DNA of 64,000 nt. Source: an uncultured Chlamydiae bacterium. Lineage in GTDB: Bacteria; Chlamydiota; Chlamydiia; Chlamydiales; Parachlamydiaceae. This document shows positions 1 to 10,096 of this stretch, piece after piece. A program made the translations under genes and the position numbers. The DNA lies in NCBI GenBank assembly GCA_963754655.1, contig CAVWGN010000001.1, positions 320,001 to 384,000 on the forward strand. The letters run 5' to 3'. Every line of letters starts with the position of its first letter. The stretch's first letter is position 1. The notes beneath the pieces were generated by a model. It ran no database searches. It saw only the letters and a program-made list of their open reading frames with translations, and had not been told where the DNA came from.

Positions 1-411
1 TAGTTGTGGTTTAGTCTTAAGGGCCTCTTTGAGGAGAAAAATATTTTCGATTTGATTTTTATACTGACTGATAGCAATGAGCTCATCTTTAATCCCACTT
101 TGCTCTAATGGGTTGGTTTCATTTTTGAGTAAAATATTTAAACCCCTAATTGCCCCATCAATTTCTTTTTGAGCATTAGAAAAAGAGTCCATTTTCACTA
201 CATCACGCATTAAAATTTTGACGGAATTAAAAATTTCTTTATGAGGATTAAAAGACCAAGATTTTAAATATCCTATTCCCAGGCATTTTTTCGCGAGTTC
301 GGTGATAGTTTCTGGGGTTCCTTTTCCTGAAAAATGATTAAGTTCCATTAAAAATTTATGGGTAGGCTGAGTGTTCGGGTCAGGATAATGTGAATAATGA
401 CTAGAGTCCAT
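1..411 (-). CDS. Hypothetical protein, 5' part only (runs off the window start)
   Basis: ATG at 411 preceded by an AAAGGAG RBS; 137 open codons (MDSSHYSHYPDPNTQPTHKF...) to the window edge; absent from the ORF track because it has no stop in the window. Confidence 0.7.
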   Translation of the reverse strand, partial: MDSSHYSHYPDPNTQPTHKFLMELNHFSGKGTPETITELAKKCLGIGYLKSWSFNPHKEIFNSVKILMRDVVKMDSFSNAQKEIDGAIRGLNILLKNETNPLEQSGIKDELIAISQYKNQIENIFLLKEALKTKPQL

Positions 412-711
412 AGCCACTCCTTTGCTTTTTTAAAGACTGATAAAGCAACCATCCTTTGAGAGTTTGCTTGGGATTATGCAAGAACTGTGCCAGAAAAGAC
501 GAAAATTCAATTTTTTGAATTCCTTTAATAGTCTAAGAGAGATTGGAAAGGGGAGACAGATAGGTGGAAAATTTTAAATAAAATCAAATGTCTTTAGTAC
601 TCGTTTACATGAGTTTTTGCCTATTGGCACTGCTTCAAAGCCCGGGGTTGGGATGAGATGATTTTCTTGTAGTCCTTCAGACTACATGACGAGGGCTGAT
701 CTAACCCAGGG

Positions 712-1370
712 CCGGGACTTAACAAAGAACTGTTTTTGGGCTTGATATTCGTCGATTCAATTTAACAATACCCCGCCTGTAACAGGCTTTAGAGGCCTAT
801 TTCTCGGAAATGACACGAAAAACATCAAGCCCAAAACAGTTCTTTGTTAAGTCCCGGCCATAGGCTAGGAACGAAATGCTTCTAGCAAACTCCAGAAGCT
901 AAAATTGTCGCTCAAGCGGCGTTAGCCGCGCATGGATAGTAGCCGTGGGTGTAGGCGAAGCCGGAACCCACGGTGTATGGTAAAAAAAATGAAGCCACGT
1001 TAGTGGCGTAGGAAATGTGATTGTGGAGCAATGTTTATTTAAACGAATGCTACGCCACTAACGTGGCTCAAATTTGTTTTTTTTGTAACCGTGGGTTTCG
1101 GCTTGCGCCTACACCCACGGCTACTATCCATGCGCGGCTAACGCCGCTCGTCGCTGAGGGAAAGGATATGGATCAAGCAACATTGAAAAAACAAAGATAA
1201 AAATTCCGATTACCTAGCCATATGCCGGGACTTAACAAAGAACTGTTTTGGGCTTGATGTTTTTCGTGTCATTTTCGAGAAATATGCCTTTAAAGCCTGT
1301 TACAGCCGTGGTGTTGTTAAATTGACACGAAGAATATCAAGCCCAAAAACAGTTCTTTGTTAAGTCCCGA
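712..1370. mobile_element. Non-autonomous composite element B-C-B' (659 bp) with a 7-bp target duplication
   Basis: Two inverted 146-bp units (712-857, 1225-1370), each with TIR (c/t)cgggacttaacaaagaactgtttt; flanked by cccaggg at 705-711 and 1371-1377; second copy at 25293-25949 in the opposite orientation. Confidence 0.9.
915..1148. repeat. REP-like doublet (long interrupted palindrome) in the core of the composite
   Basis: agcggcgttagccgcgcatggatagtagccgtgggtgtaggcg...acccacgg...gccacgttagtggcgtag followed by its reverse complement. Confidence 0.85.
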
Positions 1371-1378
1371 CCCAGGGC

Positions 1379-1773
1379 TAGGGTGTTCATTTTGTGCAAA
1401 AAATGAGCTTTATTTTTCACAATAATTGGCATAGTTGAATAGAAGGTCGCATGTTTATGCCGTCCTTTCAGGACTCGATGTCTTTTTGATAGAACCCAGG
1501 CCTCCGCTTCGCTGCGACCTGGGCTGTAGCATGACGGCCCTTCAGGCCTAACAAGAGATGTTTAAGTCCCTCTTCTATAGTCCCTAAATCATCTTTTTGT
1601 TAAGGCCTGAAGGGCCGTCATGTTACAGCCCAGGTCGCAGCGAAGCGGAGGCCTGGGTTCTATCAAAAAGACATCGAGTCCTGAAAGGACGGCATAAACA
1701 TGCGACCTTCTATTCAACTATGCCAATTATTGTGAAAAATAAAGCTCATTTTTTGCACAAAATGAACACCCTA
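1379..1773. repeat. Giant palindrome 'D' (arms about 175 bp, loop about 42 bp), ends TA-GGGTGT...ACACCC-TA
   Basis: Arms are near-perfect reverse complements; further copies at 52523-53082 and 57415-57810. Confidence 0.9.
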
Positions 1774-1824
1774 ACCCCGGGCTTTGAAGCAGTTCCAATG
1801 GGCAAAAACTAATGTGGTTGAGTA

Positions 1825-2727
1825 CTAGAGTTCCTTAGAGGAAGGATAAAGAGCCTTCAAAAAGCGCCATCGAAAAGATTGAGTGGCAGCCTGGTCTATG
1901 AATGCCTGAATAGCCAAAGGTGAAAGATGGCTAAATTGTTTAATCTCACTATCAAGTAAACGATAGAGAACGTGCCGGGCCTGTTGAGAAGAGTAAAGAG
2001 CCTCCAGATGTTGCAGGCAGTGTTGGAGAAGGCGATGCCGATAAATGAGTCGGCTCAAACCCAGAACAATCAATACAACGGGAAGAAGCTTCATCCACCA
2101 AGCGAGGATGATCATTTGAGGTCCCAAAGATAGAAGGGCAAAATCGGTCATGATAATGACTCCTAAAAGAAGGATAAAGAACAAGCTCTCTTTTGAAGAT
2201 TGCACGATGGGACCTAGCCAGCAACGCCAACTCGAAGAGGAGGATTGATAAGCGAGAATTTCTTCGAATTTGGGCTCTTGATAAAGCATGCGTCCCACAT
2301 GCGCTAATTCATGCGCAATGAGTTCATGCCGCTGGTAGAGGCCTAAAAAAGTTAGAGAGTTCCGAAAACGAGCACGTAGCTGCAAAAAAGCAGCAGTGGG
2401 AGTTTGAGCATTTAATTGAAAAATCCAAGCACAACCCCCATGCCAAGGAGATAGGTGGTAATTACTGAAAAAAAGTGGAACCCATTGCGGTTGGATACCG
2501 TATAGCTTTTGCGTAAATGGCAAAACCTCTTCTAATACCTTTTGTGAGTGTTGATCACTCACGTCAAATGGCAGATTTGCTCCAACGATTTGCACTAAAT
2601 GTTGTTCAAGATTCTGGCAAAAGGCAACGCGTTCTTGAAAGGCCTCTTGAGATTCTTCTGGGCCCGGAAGAAAACCTTGCTTGTTCCACTCTTGCCATTG
2701 GTTTAACTCCTTGGTTTCTTCGTTCAT
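1825..2727 (-). CDS. Chlamydial-type hypothetical membrane protein with an HExxH motif
   Basis: Probable ATG at 2727 (MNEETK) after an AAGGAAG RBS; HELAH motif; two C-terminal TM segments; the TAG stop overlaps the end of element A. Confidence 0.75.
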   Translation of the reverse strand: MNEETKELNQWQEWNKQGFLPGPEESQEAFQERVAFCQNLEQHLVQIVGANLPFDVSDQHSQKVLEEVLPFTQKLYGIQPQWVPLFFSNYHLSPWHGGCAWIFQLNAQTPTAAFLQLRARFRNSLTFLGLYQRHELIAHELAHVGRMLYQEPKFEEILAYQSSSSSWRCWLGPIVQSSKESLFFILLLGVIIMTDFALLSLGPQMIILAWWMKLLPVVLIVLGLSRLIYRHRLLQHCLQHLEALYSSQQARHVLYRLLDSEIKQFSHLSPLAIQAFIDQAATQSFRWRFLKALYPSSKEL

Positions 2728-2958
2728 ATTCTTCCTTTTTTTGAGAAAAGATAAAGAATAAAAGAGTAAAGGCAAAGGAGAAAGTGCATTTCCTCGCAGA
2801 ATTTGACTTAATAACATGAATTTTAAATATCTAGACTTATAATATTAAATATTGTAAATTATTGAATTACTAAATTAACAAAACAATTAATTTATATATT
2901 ATAATAATTTTTTAAAAGTAATAACAATTATGCAAATTAATTTTTTAATGCATTTGAT

Positions 2959-3394
2959 GTGCCAAACACTTCAAAGGAAACTTTGTTAGATAGTTTACTT
3001 CCTAATGAGATATTGAAAATTGTTTTTGATCAGGTTGTCAATCAAAGCCAACCTTTACGTGATATTTCTTCTATTTTACTTACCTGTCAAAAATGGAAAG
3101 ATATTCTTGAGGAAAATCCTGCATCTGTTCCTAAAAACGTGTTAAAACGTGTTTATTTTGTTTCGCTCTCTGGTTGACCGCCCGGTTTGCGAAATCATTT
3201 CTGCCGGCTGTGATATTTTTCTTATCTCGAAAGGCATGTGTGAACTCATGCCTTATGCGGTTTCTAGAGTCCTGCCCGGAACAGTCGCCGGTTGCCCGGC
3301 TTCCAATCGGCGATGGAACCGATCTAGAAGAATGCTTTTTACTTGGCTAAAAGGCATGATTCGCCCGATGGTGTCATCGCCAACTCTTATGTAA
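2959..3394 (+). pseudogene. F-box-domain protein frameshifted by a 10-bp tandem duplication
   Basis: LLPNEILKIVF...ILLTCQKWKDI matches the F-box consensus; aaaacgtgtt is duplicated (3134-3143, 3144-3153) and removing one copy fuses ORFs 2959-3177 and 3149-3394. Confidence 0.65.
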
Positions 3395-3529
3395 AAGGAG
3401 TTGTCCATTCATGCAATAGAGGATGAGCATATATTTTGCTTGAAAGGTGACGGGGTTTGTGGCACGCTGGATCTGTTTCTATTTAAAAAATTGAGTTAAA
3501 GCTTGTTTGGAAGGGGAAGGGAACTTGTT

Positions 3530-5182
3530 ATGTTAGTAGACGACTATGAAGAATTTACGGAAAGTCAAATTAAGTTATTAAAACGCTATGTTACAAATTC
3601 TTCTAGCCACATTTTTGTTTTGCGCAATTTGCCGGAAGTCATTAAAGGGGCTCTTTTTTCGCGTTATTCACGCTCAAATCTGGGATTGCGTACGCTTTTG
3701 CTTAAAGAATTTATCACCAATAATGATGAAGCTGCTTTTGAGTCAATTGTAGGGAAAGTTGCAGCCGATGATGAAGAGCGGCAAGCTCACGAACAGATAG
3801 ATTCCATTAAAAAAGCCCAAGCTTTTTATGATCGCATTTTGGATGGATATGGGGATGATTCAATTGGCGAGTTAGGGGGCGCACATTTAGCCATTGAAAA
3901 TATTTCGATGATTGCAGCTAAGCTATTAGAAGATAGCCGCATTGGTGGTTCTCCTTTAGAGAAATCGACACGTTATATTTATTTCGATCAGAAAGTCAAG
4001 GGTGAATATCTCTTTTATCGAGAACCTATTCTTATGACATCGGCTTATCGCGACAAATATGTCGATACCTGCAATATGTTGTTTGAAACTTATAGTCGTT
4101 TAATTCCTCCTATGACAACAGTGATGGAACAATGTTTTCCTAAAGATCCTTTGATTTCTAAAACTGCCTATACAGCAGCTTTGCGAGCAAAAGTGCTGGA
4201 TTGCCTGCGTGGTTTATTGCCAGCTGGGACATTGACTAATATGGGTATTTATGGCAATGGCCGTTTCTTTGAGCAGCTAATTCACAAATTGCACTGCCAA
4301 AATCTTGCTGAATTGCAAGAAATTGGCAAACGAAGCTATGAAGAGCTTGCCAAGGTCATTCCTTCTTTTGTGCGGCGTGCAAATCCAACTCATCGCTCAC
4401 ATCAAAACTATGCTCAATTTTATGAGACGATGCAATCCGAGCTCAAGCTCATTGGGGAGCAACATTTACCTGATTGCCAGCGTTCCTTGCAAACTGGAGT
4501 CAAATTGATTTCTTATGACTCCGATGCAGTCTCTCATGTCGCTGCTGCTCTTTTATTCGCCATTAGCAATAAAGGATTGCCGGAACTTAGACAATATTGC
4601 AAAAAATTGTCTGATGAAGAGATTGCGCGTATTCTTGACGCCGGTTGCAATGCGCGTGAAAATCGTCGTCATAAATCTCCTAGGGCCTTGGAACATGCTA
4701 ACTTCACTTTTGAGATTGTCACCGATTTTGGTGTCTATCGTGATTTGCATCGTCATCGAATGTTAACACAGGAGCGCCAATTCTTGTGTTGTGATTATGG
4801 ATTTTATATTCCGCCTGAAATCAAAGAGACGTCTTATGAAGAAGAATATCGTGATGCTCTTCAACAAGCAAAAGAAGTCTATGATTTGATCGCAGCTGAA
4901 TTGCCAGAAGAAGCTCAATATGTGGTTCCAATGGCGTATCATATTCGCTGGTATTTCCATGTTAATTTGCGGGCTTTACAATGGCTATGTGAATTACGCT
5001 CTTCGCCTGCTGGTCATCCAAGCTATCGATATATCGCTCAGATCATGGCTCGGCAAGTCTGCGATCTCTTCCCGGCATTTGAACGTTTCTTTAAGTTTTT
5101 GGATTATGAAGGCTATGAACTAGGTCGTTTGGAACAAGAACAGCGCAAATTCAATAAGCAGCAGCAGTCTTTATCCCTTTAA
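3530..5182 (+). CDS. thyX: FAD-dependent thymidylate synthase, chlamydial tandem-domain type
   Basis: Two ThyX-like halves (EKSTRY; RDLHRHRMLTQ; ELRSSPAGHPSYR); probable ATG at 3530. Confidence 0.9.
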   Translation: MLVDDYEEFTESQIKLLKRYVTNSSSHIFVLRNLPEVIKGALFSRYSRSNLGLRTLLLKEFITNNDEAAFESIVGKVAADDEERQAHEQIDSIKKAQAFYDRILDGYGDDSIGELGGAHLAIENISMIAAKLLEDSRIGGSPLEKSTRYIYFDQKVKGEYLFYREPILMTSAYRDKYVDTCNMLFETYSRLIPPMTTVMEQCFPKDPLISKTAYTAALRAKVLDCLRGLLPAGTLTNMGIYGNGRFFEQLIHKLHCQNLAELQEIGKRSYEELAKVIPSFVRRANPTHRSHQNYAQFYETMQSELKLIGEQHLPDCQRSLQTGVKLISYDSDAVSHVAAALLFAISNKGLPELRQYCKKLSDEEIARILDAGCNARENRRHKSPRALEHANFTFEIVTDFGVYRDLHRHRMLTQERQFLCCDYGFYIPPEIKETSYEEEYRDALQQAKEVYDLIAAELPEEAQYVVPMAYHIRWYFHVNLRALQWLCELRSSPAGHPSYRYIAQIMARQVCDLFPAFERFFKFLDYEGYELGRLEQEQRKFNKQQQSLSL

Positions 5183-5444
5183 CTTTATCCCTTTAAATTG
5201 CTTCCTTTGTTAGCTTAAATTAGGATGTTGTTTATAAATCCAACTATGCTTAATGCGTATGCAGCCAGCGTCGCTAAGTAGCAAAAAAAACTCAACTATA
5301 GGGGTCTGAAACACTATAAGAGAGCAATTTTGTTTAAAGTCTAGCCTACGACTTGAGGTGAGCTATTTTATGCCATCTGTGAGCCATTTTGAGCCATCTT
5401 TTCGCAAACTGAAAAATTTTGAGAGAAAAGCATTTTTTTATTTA

Positions 5445-5473
5445 TTGACATCTTAAAATCGGTTAATTATGCT
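5445..5473 (+). promoter_or_regulatory. Sigma66/sigma70-type promoter
   Basis: TTGACA-17 nt-TATGCT upstream of the CDS at 5566. Confidence 0.55.
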
Positions 5474-5565
5474 CTTATTCTTTAAGCACAACCAAAAAGG
5501 AGGCAAGATCCCAAAAATCAATTGTTGAATCATTTTTTCACACCACTTAACTAAGGATTTACAAA

Positions 5566-6108
5566 ATGAAAAAACTACAAAAGAAATTATTTAATATATT
5601 TGCTGCATCTGCATTAATGTTTCTTGTTAACCCTTTAGTTCAAGCAGTAGATTGTTCTAAATCTACGGAAGCTCACCCTTATTCTTACTTGCAGGAATAC
5701 CCTTGGTTGGGACTCATTATGAATGAAGTCACCTATGGTCCAATTACGTTATCTGATATCCGCCTTAATGAAGGAAGTTCGCTCGCAATTGTAAAACCTG
5801 GTGAAATTGTTAATGGAGAATTAAAATACCGGGTCGATTCTAGTCATCAAGAAGCGTTCCATCGATATCACTTAGTTGTGGGTCTCAAAGGATTTGGAGC
5901 ACAAGATTGTGTCACCCATACATGGGGTATTTGGGACAGCAGTGGCAAGGGGAGTTTTACCCTTAAAGCGCCTCTAGAACCAGGATTATACGAAGTGCGT
6001 TTTGTTTATCATGAGGCTCCAACTTGTGAAGAAGCACGCAGCGTATGGAATAGTGAAAGTGGAGAACCTTCAAGTTTTGCTACAATTGGAGCAATCATTG
6101 TTGAATAA
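5566..6108 (+). CDS. Exported hypothetical protein, probably beta-sandwich
   Basis: Signal peptide (MKKLQKK...VQA); beta-rich mature part with a PGLYEVRF motif and Cys residues. Confidence 0.75.
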   Translation: MKKLQKKLFNIFAASALMFLVNPLVQAVDCSKSTEAHPYSYLQEYPWLGLIMNEVTYGPITLSDIRLNEGSSLAIVKPGEIVNGELKYRVDSSHQEAFHRYHLVVGLKGFGAQDCVTHTWGIWDSSGKGSFTLKAPLEPGLYEVRFVYHEAPTCEEARSVWNSESGEPSSFATIGAIIVE

Positions 6109-6406
6109 TCGCGTTCTCCGCCCAGTGGATAGTCCATACGGGCTATCCCTTCTCCTCTCTTCTTGCCACATTCCCTTTGTTCGATTGAAAAAAAAGTCGA
6201 CTAAAAAAATTAAATTGCTTAATATATGTTTATTAAAAGATGTTATCGTATGATAAGTGCAATTTTTTTTCATCCTAGCTTTTTTTTCTTTTTTTGGTGG
6301 CGCTAGCCACTAACTATTCTTTTGCGTTTATATTTTTCTTTAAATTTCATTCTTAATCGGCGGCTCGAAAGGCTGGCTCAAACCAAATTTTTATCGTAGG
6401 ATCATC

Positions 6407-7597
6407 ATGAATGTTCAGTCCATTCGTAAGGGAAGCTTATTAGGTGGCACTTTGCTAGTGGCAGGCTGCTGCATTGGGGCCGGGATGCTTGGCTTACCCG
6501 TTTTAAGTGCTCAAGCAGGTTTTCAACCTTCTATTGTCATGTTTTTTCTTTGCTGGCTTTTTATGGTTTGCACGGGATTGCTGCTGTTAGAAGTCAATCT
6601 TTGGTATGGTGAAGAAATTAGCATCATTACAATGGCGGGGCGTACCTTGGGAAGGGGAGGGAAAGTGGTCAGTTGGTTGGTCTTTCTTTTTCTTTTTTAT
6701 TCTTTGATGATTGCCTATGTGGCAGCCAGTGGATCGCTGATCACTGATTTTATTGGAGAAATGACGGGCCATTATTGGCATCAGGCTTTCGGTGGTTTGC
6801 TGTTTTGTGTGCTTTTTGGAATTTTGCTCTATTTAGGTACGGGAGCGGTGGATTGGTTTAATCGACTGCTTATGTTGGGGCTTGTGTTGTCTTATGTGAG
6901 TTTAGTGGTTGTCGGTTCTTCACATGTCAATTCTGAACTTTTGAAGCATCAGGATTGGACAGCTGCTACAATGGTTATTCCTGCGGTGATTGTTTCTTTT
7001 GGCTTTCATAATTTAGTTCCTAGCTTGACAACTTATTTTCACTGTCAGATTAAGCCATTAAAATGGTCTATCATTTTGGGAAGCGCGATTCCTCTTGCCA
7101 TTTATTTGATTTGGGAATGGATCATTTTAGGCATTGTTCCCCTTCAAGAATTCAAAGCAGCTTTGGATCAAGGAGAAATTGCCACCGAAGCACTTAAGAA
7201 TGCTGTGGGGGCTTCTTGGGTTGTCGATGTGGCGCAAGCGTTTGCCTTTTTTGCGATTTTGACTTCCTTTTTAAGCGTGGCCTTAAGTTTTATCGATTTT
7301 TTAGCCGATGGGTTGAATATAAAAAAGACTCCTAAAGGAAAGGTGATATTGACTTTGCTCGTCTTAGGTCCTCCTTTCTTATGTGCATTGCTTTATCCCG
7401 CTATCTTCTTGATTGCATTGAATACGGCTGGAGGATTTGGAGCAGTGATTTTATTTGGAATTTTGCCGGCTCTCATGGTGTGGAAAGGGCGTTATACTCA
7501 GAAATTAGGTCATCCTGAATTAGTGCCTGGAGGCAAGCCCTTGTTGATTCTCATTATTGGATTTGCTGTCGGAGTTATGGCCTTACAATTTGTTTAA
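6407..7597 (+). CDS. tyrP: Aromatic amino acid permease (TyrP/Mtr/TnaB family)
   Basis: GGTLLVAGCCIGAGMLGLP, SFGFH and TSFL motifs; about 11 TM segments. Confidence 0.88.
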   Translation: MNVQSIRKGSLLGGTLLVAGCCIGAGMLGLPVLSAQAGFQPSIVMFFLCWLFMVCTGLLLLEVNLWYGEEISIITMAGRTLGRGGKVVSWLVFLFLFYSLMIAYVAASGSLITDFIGEMTGHYWHQAFGGLLFCVLFGILLYLGTGAVDWFNRLLMLGLVLSYVSLVVVGSSHVNSELLKHQDWTAATMVIPAVIVSFGFHNLVPSLTTYFHCQIKPLKWSIILGSAIPLAIYLIWEWIILGIVPLQEFKAALDQGEIATEALKNAVGASWVVDVAQAFAFFAILTSFLSVALSFIDFLADGLNIKKTPKGKVILTLLVLGPPFLCALLYPAIFLIALNTAGGFGAVILFGILPALMVWKGRYTQKLGHPELVPGGKPLLILIIGFAVGVMALQFV

Positions 7598-7617
7598 TCA
7601 TTAGTATAATAGGAATT

Positions 7618-8862
7618 ATGAAGACAACTCACCGCCTAATAGGAGGCGTTTTATTGGTGTCCGGTACTACGATTGGAGCCGGAATGCTTGCATTACCTAT
7701 TGTCACAGGATTTGCTGGCTTTTGGCCATCCATCGTCCTTTTCATTATTTACTGGTTGTATATGACTTTCACGGCTTTTCTTATGCTAGAAGTCAATTTG
7801 TGGATGGAAGAGCATACTAATCTTATCACAATGGCAAAAAGAACTTTAGGGAGAGGCGGCCAAATTTTCAGTTGGATCATTTACCTTTTCTTGCTCTATA
7901 CGTTGACAACCGCTTATCTGGCTGGCGGCGGTCCCATTTTCATTGAAGCAATTGAAGCATTCACTGGTTGGCAATTTCCCGCTTGGGTCAATCCTTTTCC
8001 CTTGTTGATTATTTTTGGATTTTTTGTCTATCAGGGCGCTCAGTCAGTCGATGTTGTGAATCGTTTGCTCATGCTAGGTTTAGCCATTTCTTATGTCTTG
8101 ATGGTTGTTTTTTTGACTCCTCATGTTCAAGGATCATTATTGACGCATGCGAACTGGCCAGCGGTTTGGATGGCTGTATCCATTGTCTCGACATCCTTTG
8201 GCTTTCACATCATCATCCCCACGCTGACTGACTATTTACATCGCGATGTTAAACAACTGAGGTTGGTTTTAATCATTGGAAGTTTAATTCCCCTGTTTGT
8301 CTATATCAGCTGGGAATTGTTAACATTAGGAATTATTCCTTTGCAAGGTTCGACAGGGCTTGCAGAAGGCTATCAAAAAGGGATTGATGGAGCGACTTTG
8401 CTAGGGATCTACTTGGGGCAAACTGAACTGAGCTTACTTGCTCGCCTTTTTTCTCTCTTTGCCATTGTGACTTCCTTTTTAGGTGTTTCTTTGAGCTTGC
8501 GCGACTTCTTAGCTGATGGATTGAGAATTCAAAAGACCCAAAAAGGGCGTTTAGTGCTCTATTTATTGACATTTGTTCCTCCTTTGGCCATTACGTTGAT
8601 TGATCCCCGTGCCTTTTTAAATGCGCTTGAATATGCAGGAGCATTTGGTGTGGTGACGCTACTCGGATTGTTTCCCGTTCTCATGGTTTGGAGAGGACGC
8701 TATGTGCAGCAACGAACAGGAGAATTTCGCACTCCTGGAGGACAATGGACATTGGCTATTGCTCTTGTGATTTCCCTTGCTGTTATTGGACTAGAAATTG
8801 CCAGCAAAACTAATTATTTAACCTTTTTTTCTTCTAATTTAGAAAAAGTGAGTCAACCATGA
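7618..8862 (+). CDS. tyrP: Aromatic amino acid permease, second paralogue
   Basis: [24 protein letters not shown] and TSFLGV motifs; stop overlaps the trpS start (ATGA). Confidence 0.88.
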   Translation: MKTTHRLIGGVLLVSGTTIGAGMLALPIVTGFAGFWPSIVLFIIYWLYMTFTAFLMLEVNLWMEEHTNLITMAKRTLGRGGQIFSWIIYLFLLYTLTTAYLAGGGPIFIEAIEAFTGWQFPAWVNPFPLLIIFGFFVYQGAQSVDVVNRLLMLGLAISYVLMVVFLTPHVQGSLLTHANWPAVWMAVSIVSTSFGFHIIIPTLTDYLHRDVKQLRLVLIIGSLIPLFVYISWELLTLGIIPLQGSTGLAEGYQKGIDGATLLGIYLGQTELSLLARLFSLFAIVTSFLGVSLSLRDFLADGLRIQKTQKGRLVLYLLTFVPPLAITLIDPRAFLNALEYAGAFGVVTLLGLFPVLMVWRGRYVQQRTGEFRTPGGQWTLAIALVISLAVIGLEIASKTNYLTFFSSNLEKVSQP

Positions 8863-9911
8863 CAGAAAAAAAACGCATCCTGACTGGAGATCGTCCCACA
8901 GGAAATTTGCATCTGGGTCACTGGGTAGGTTCGATTAAAAATCGAGTGGCTCTACAAGATCAGTACGACTGTTACTTTATTATTGCTGATTTACATACGT
9001 TGACGACAAAACCACAAAAAGAAAACATCTTGCAACTTAGGGATTTTGCCCGTAGCATGGTTCTTGATTACTTAGCTTGTGGTATTGATCCCAAGAAATC
9101 CACTATTTATTTGCAATCAGCAACACCAGCTGTTTACGAAATGAATCTTATCTTTGAAATGCTTATTTCATTCAATCGCCTATCAGGTTTACCTAGCATC
9201 AAAGAAATGGCGCGCAACGCCCATTTGGATAGCGATCATGTTCCTTTTGGATTGATTGGTTATCCCGTTTTGCAAACAGCTGATATTTTGATGCCCCGTG
9301 CTCATTTGGTTCCCGTTGGCAAGGATAATGAAGCTCATATTGAATTGGCACGCGATATTGCGCGTCGCTTTAACCAGTATTATGGTGAAGTCTTCCCTTT
9401 ACCTGATGCCATGTTAAGCGAAACACCTACTTTGATTGGTACAGATGCTAAAGGGAAAATGAGCAAATCAGCGCAAAATGCAATTTTCCTTTCCGATGAT
9501 GCCCATACAGTGGAAAAAAAGGTTAAGGGAATGTATACCGATCCCAATCGCATCCACGCCCATCTGCCTGGAACAGTTGAAGGAAATCCCGTTTTTATTT
9601 ACCACGATATTTTCAATCCACGGCGAGAAGAGATCGAAGATCTCAAGAGGCGTTATCGTGAAGGAAAAGTGGGCGATGTAGAAGTCAAAGCAAAGCTCAT
9701 CGTTGCCCTTAATGAATTCCTTGATCCTATCCGTGAACGTCGTAAAATCTTTGAAAATGAAAAGGGATTAGTAGAAGAAATCATCTACAATGGAACAGAA
9801 AAGATGAATGAAATTTCGCAAGCTACTCTCAAAGAAATGCGCAGTGCGATGGGATTGGGAGGAGCCTGGAATAAAATTTCACGCATGGCACGGGAACGGA
9901 AGAAAAATTGA
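8859..9911 (+). CDS. trpS: Tryptophanyl-tRNA synthetase
   Basis: [29 protein letters not shown] and KMSKS motifs. Confidence 0.97.
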   Translation: MTEKKRILTGDRPTGNLHLGHWVGSIKNRVALQDQYDCYFIIADLHTLTTKPQKENILQLRDFARSMVLDYLACGIDPKKSTIYLQSATPAVYEMNLIFEMLISFNRLSGLPSIKEMARNAHLDSDHVPFGLIGYPVLQTADILMPRAHLVPVGKDNEAHIELARDIARRFNQYYGEVFPLPDAMLSETPTLIGTDAKGKMSKSAQNAIFLSDDAHTVEKKVKGMYTDPNRIHAHLPGTVEGNPVFIYHDIFNPRREEIEDLKRRYREGKVGDVEVKAKLIVALNEFLDPIRERRKIFENEKGLVEEIIYNGTEKMNEISQATLKEMRSAMGLGGAWNKISRMARERKKN

Positions 9912-10096
9912 GTATGTAAGCAATATCTATAAATAATTGATTTAAAAATAGAATTTGTAGTATATTAATTGTTAACTATTTTCTTATTTAGATCAAAAAT
10001 AAGGATTTTAATTCTAATTAAATTTTTGATTTGTGAATGATTTAATAAAGAGATTAAAATTAGGGGAAATATCCAATTTTTAGAGGAAAGATTTGA

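Larger units (their letters stand above)
595..1827. mobile_element. Nested MITE/REP composite; outer shell 'A' (TA-GTACTC...GAGTAC-TA)
   Basis: About 50-bp imperfect terminal inverted repeats (tagtactc...gtttttgcctattgg...gcttcaaagcccgggg and its reverse complement); the same shell occurs at 14989, 25039, 52407 and 57296; contains elements B-C-B' and D. Confidence 0.8.

Noticed and set aside
1597..1812. Repeated 68-75 aa ORFs 'MLRPEGPSCYSPGRSEAEAW...' (also at 52493, 52906, 57379, 57634)
   Set aside because: They lie wholly within palindrome D arms, start at TTG without an RBS and have variable C-termini set by flanking DNA. They are most likely by-products of the repeat, although translation is not excluded.
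5170..5400. Short direct repeats after thyX (ctttatccctttaa twice; gagccat-like units)
   Set aside because: Too short and irregular to support an element or ncRNA call.
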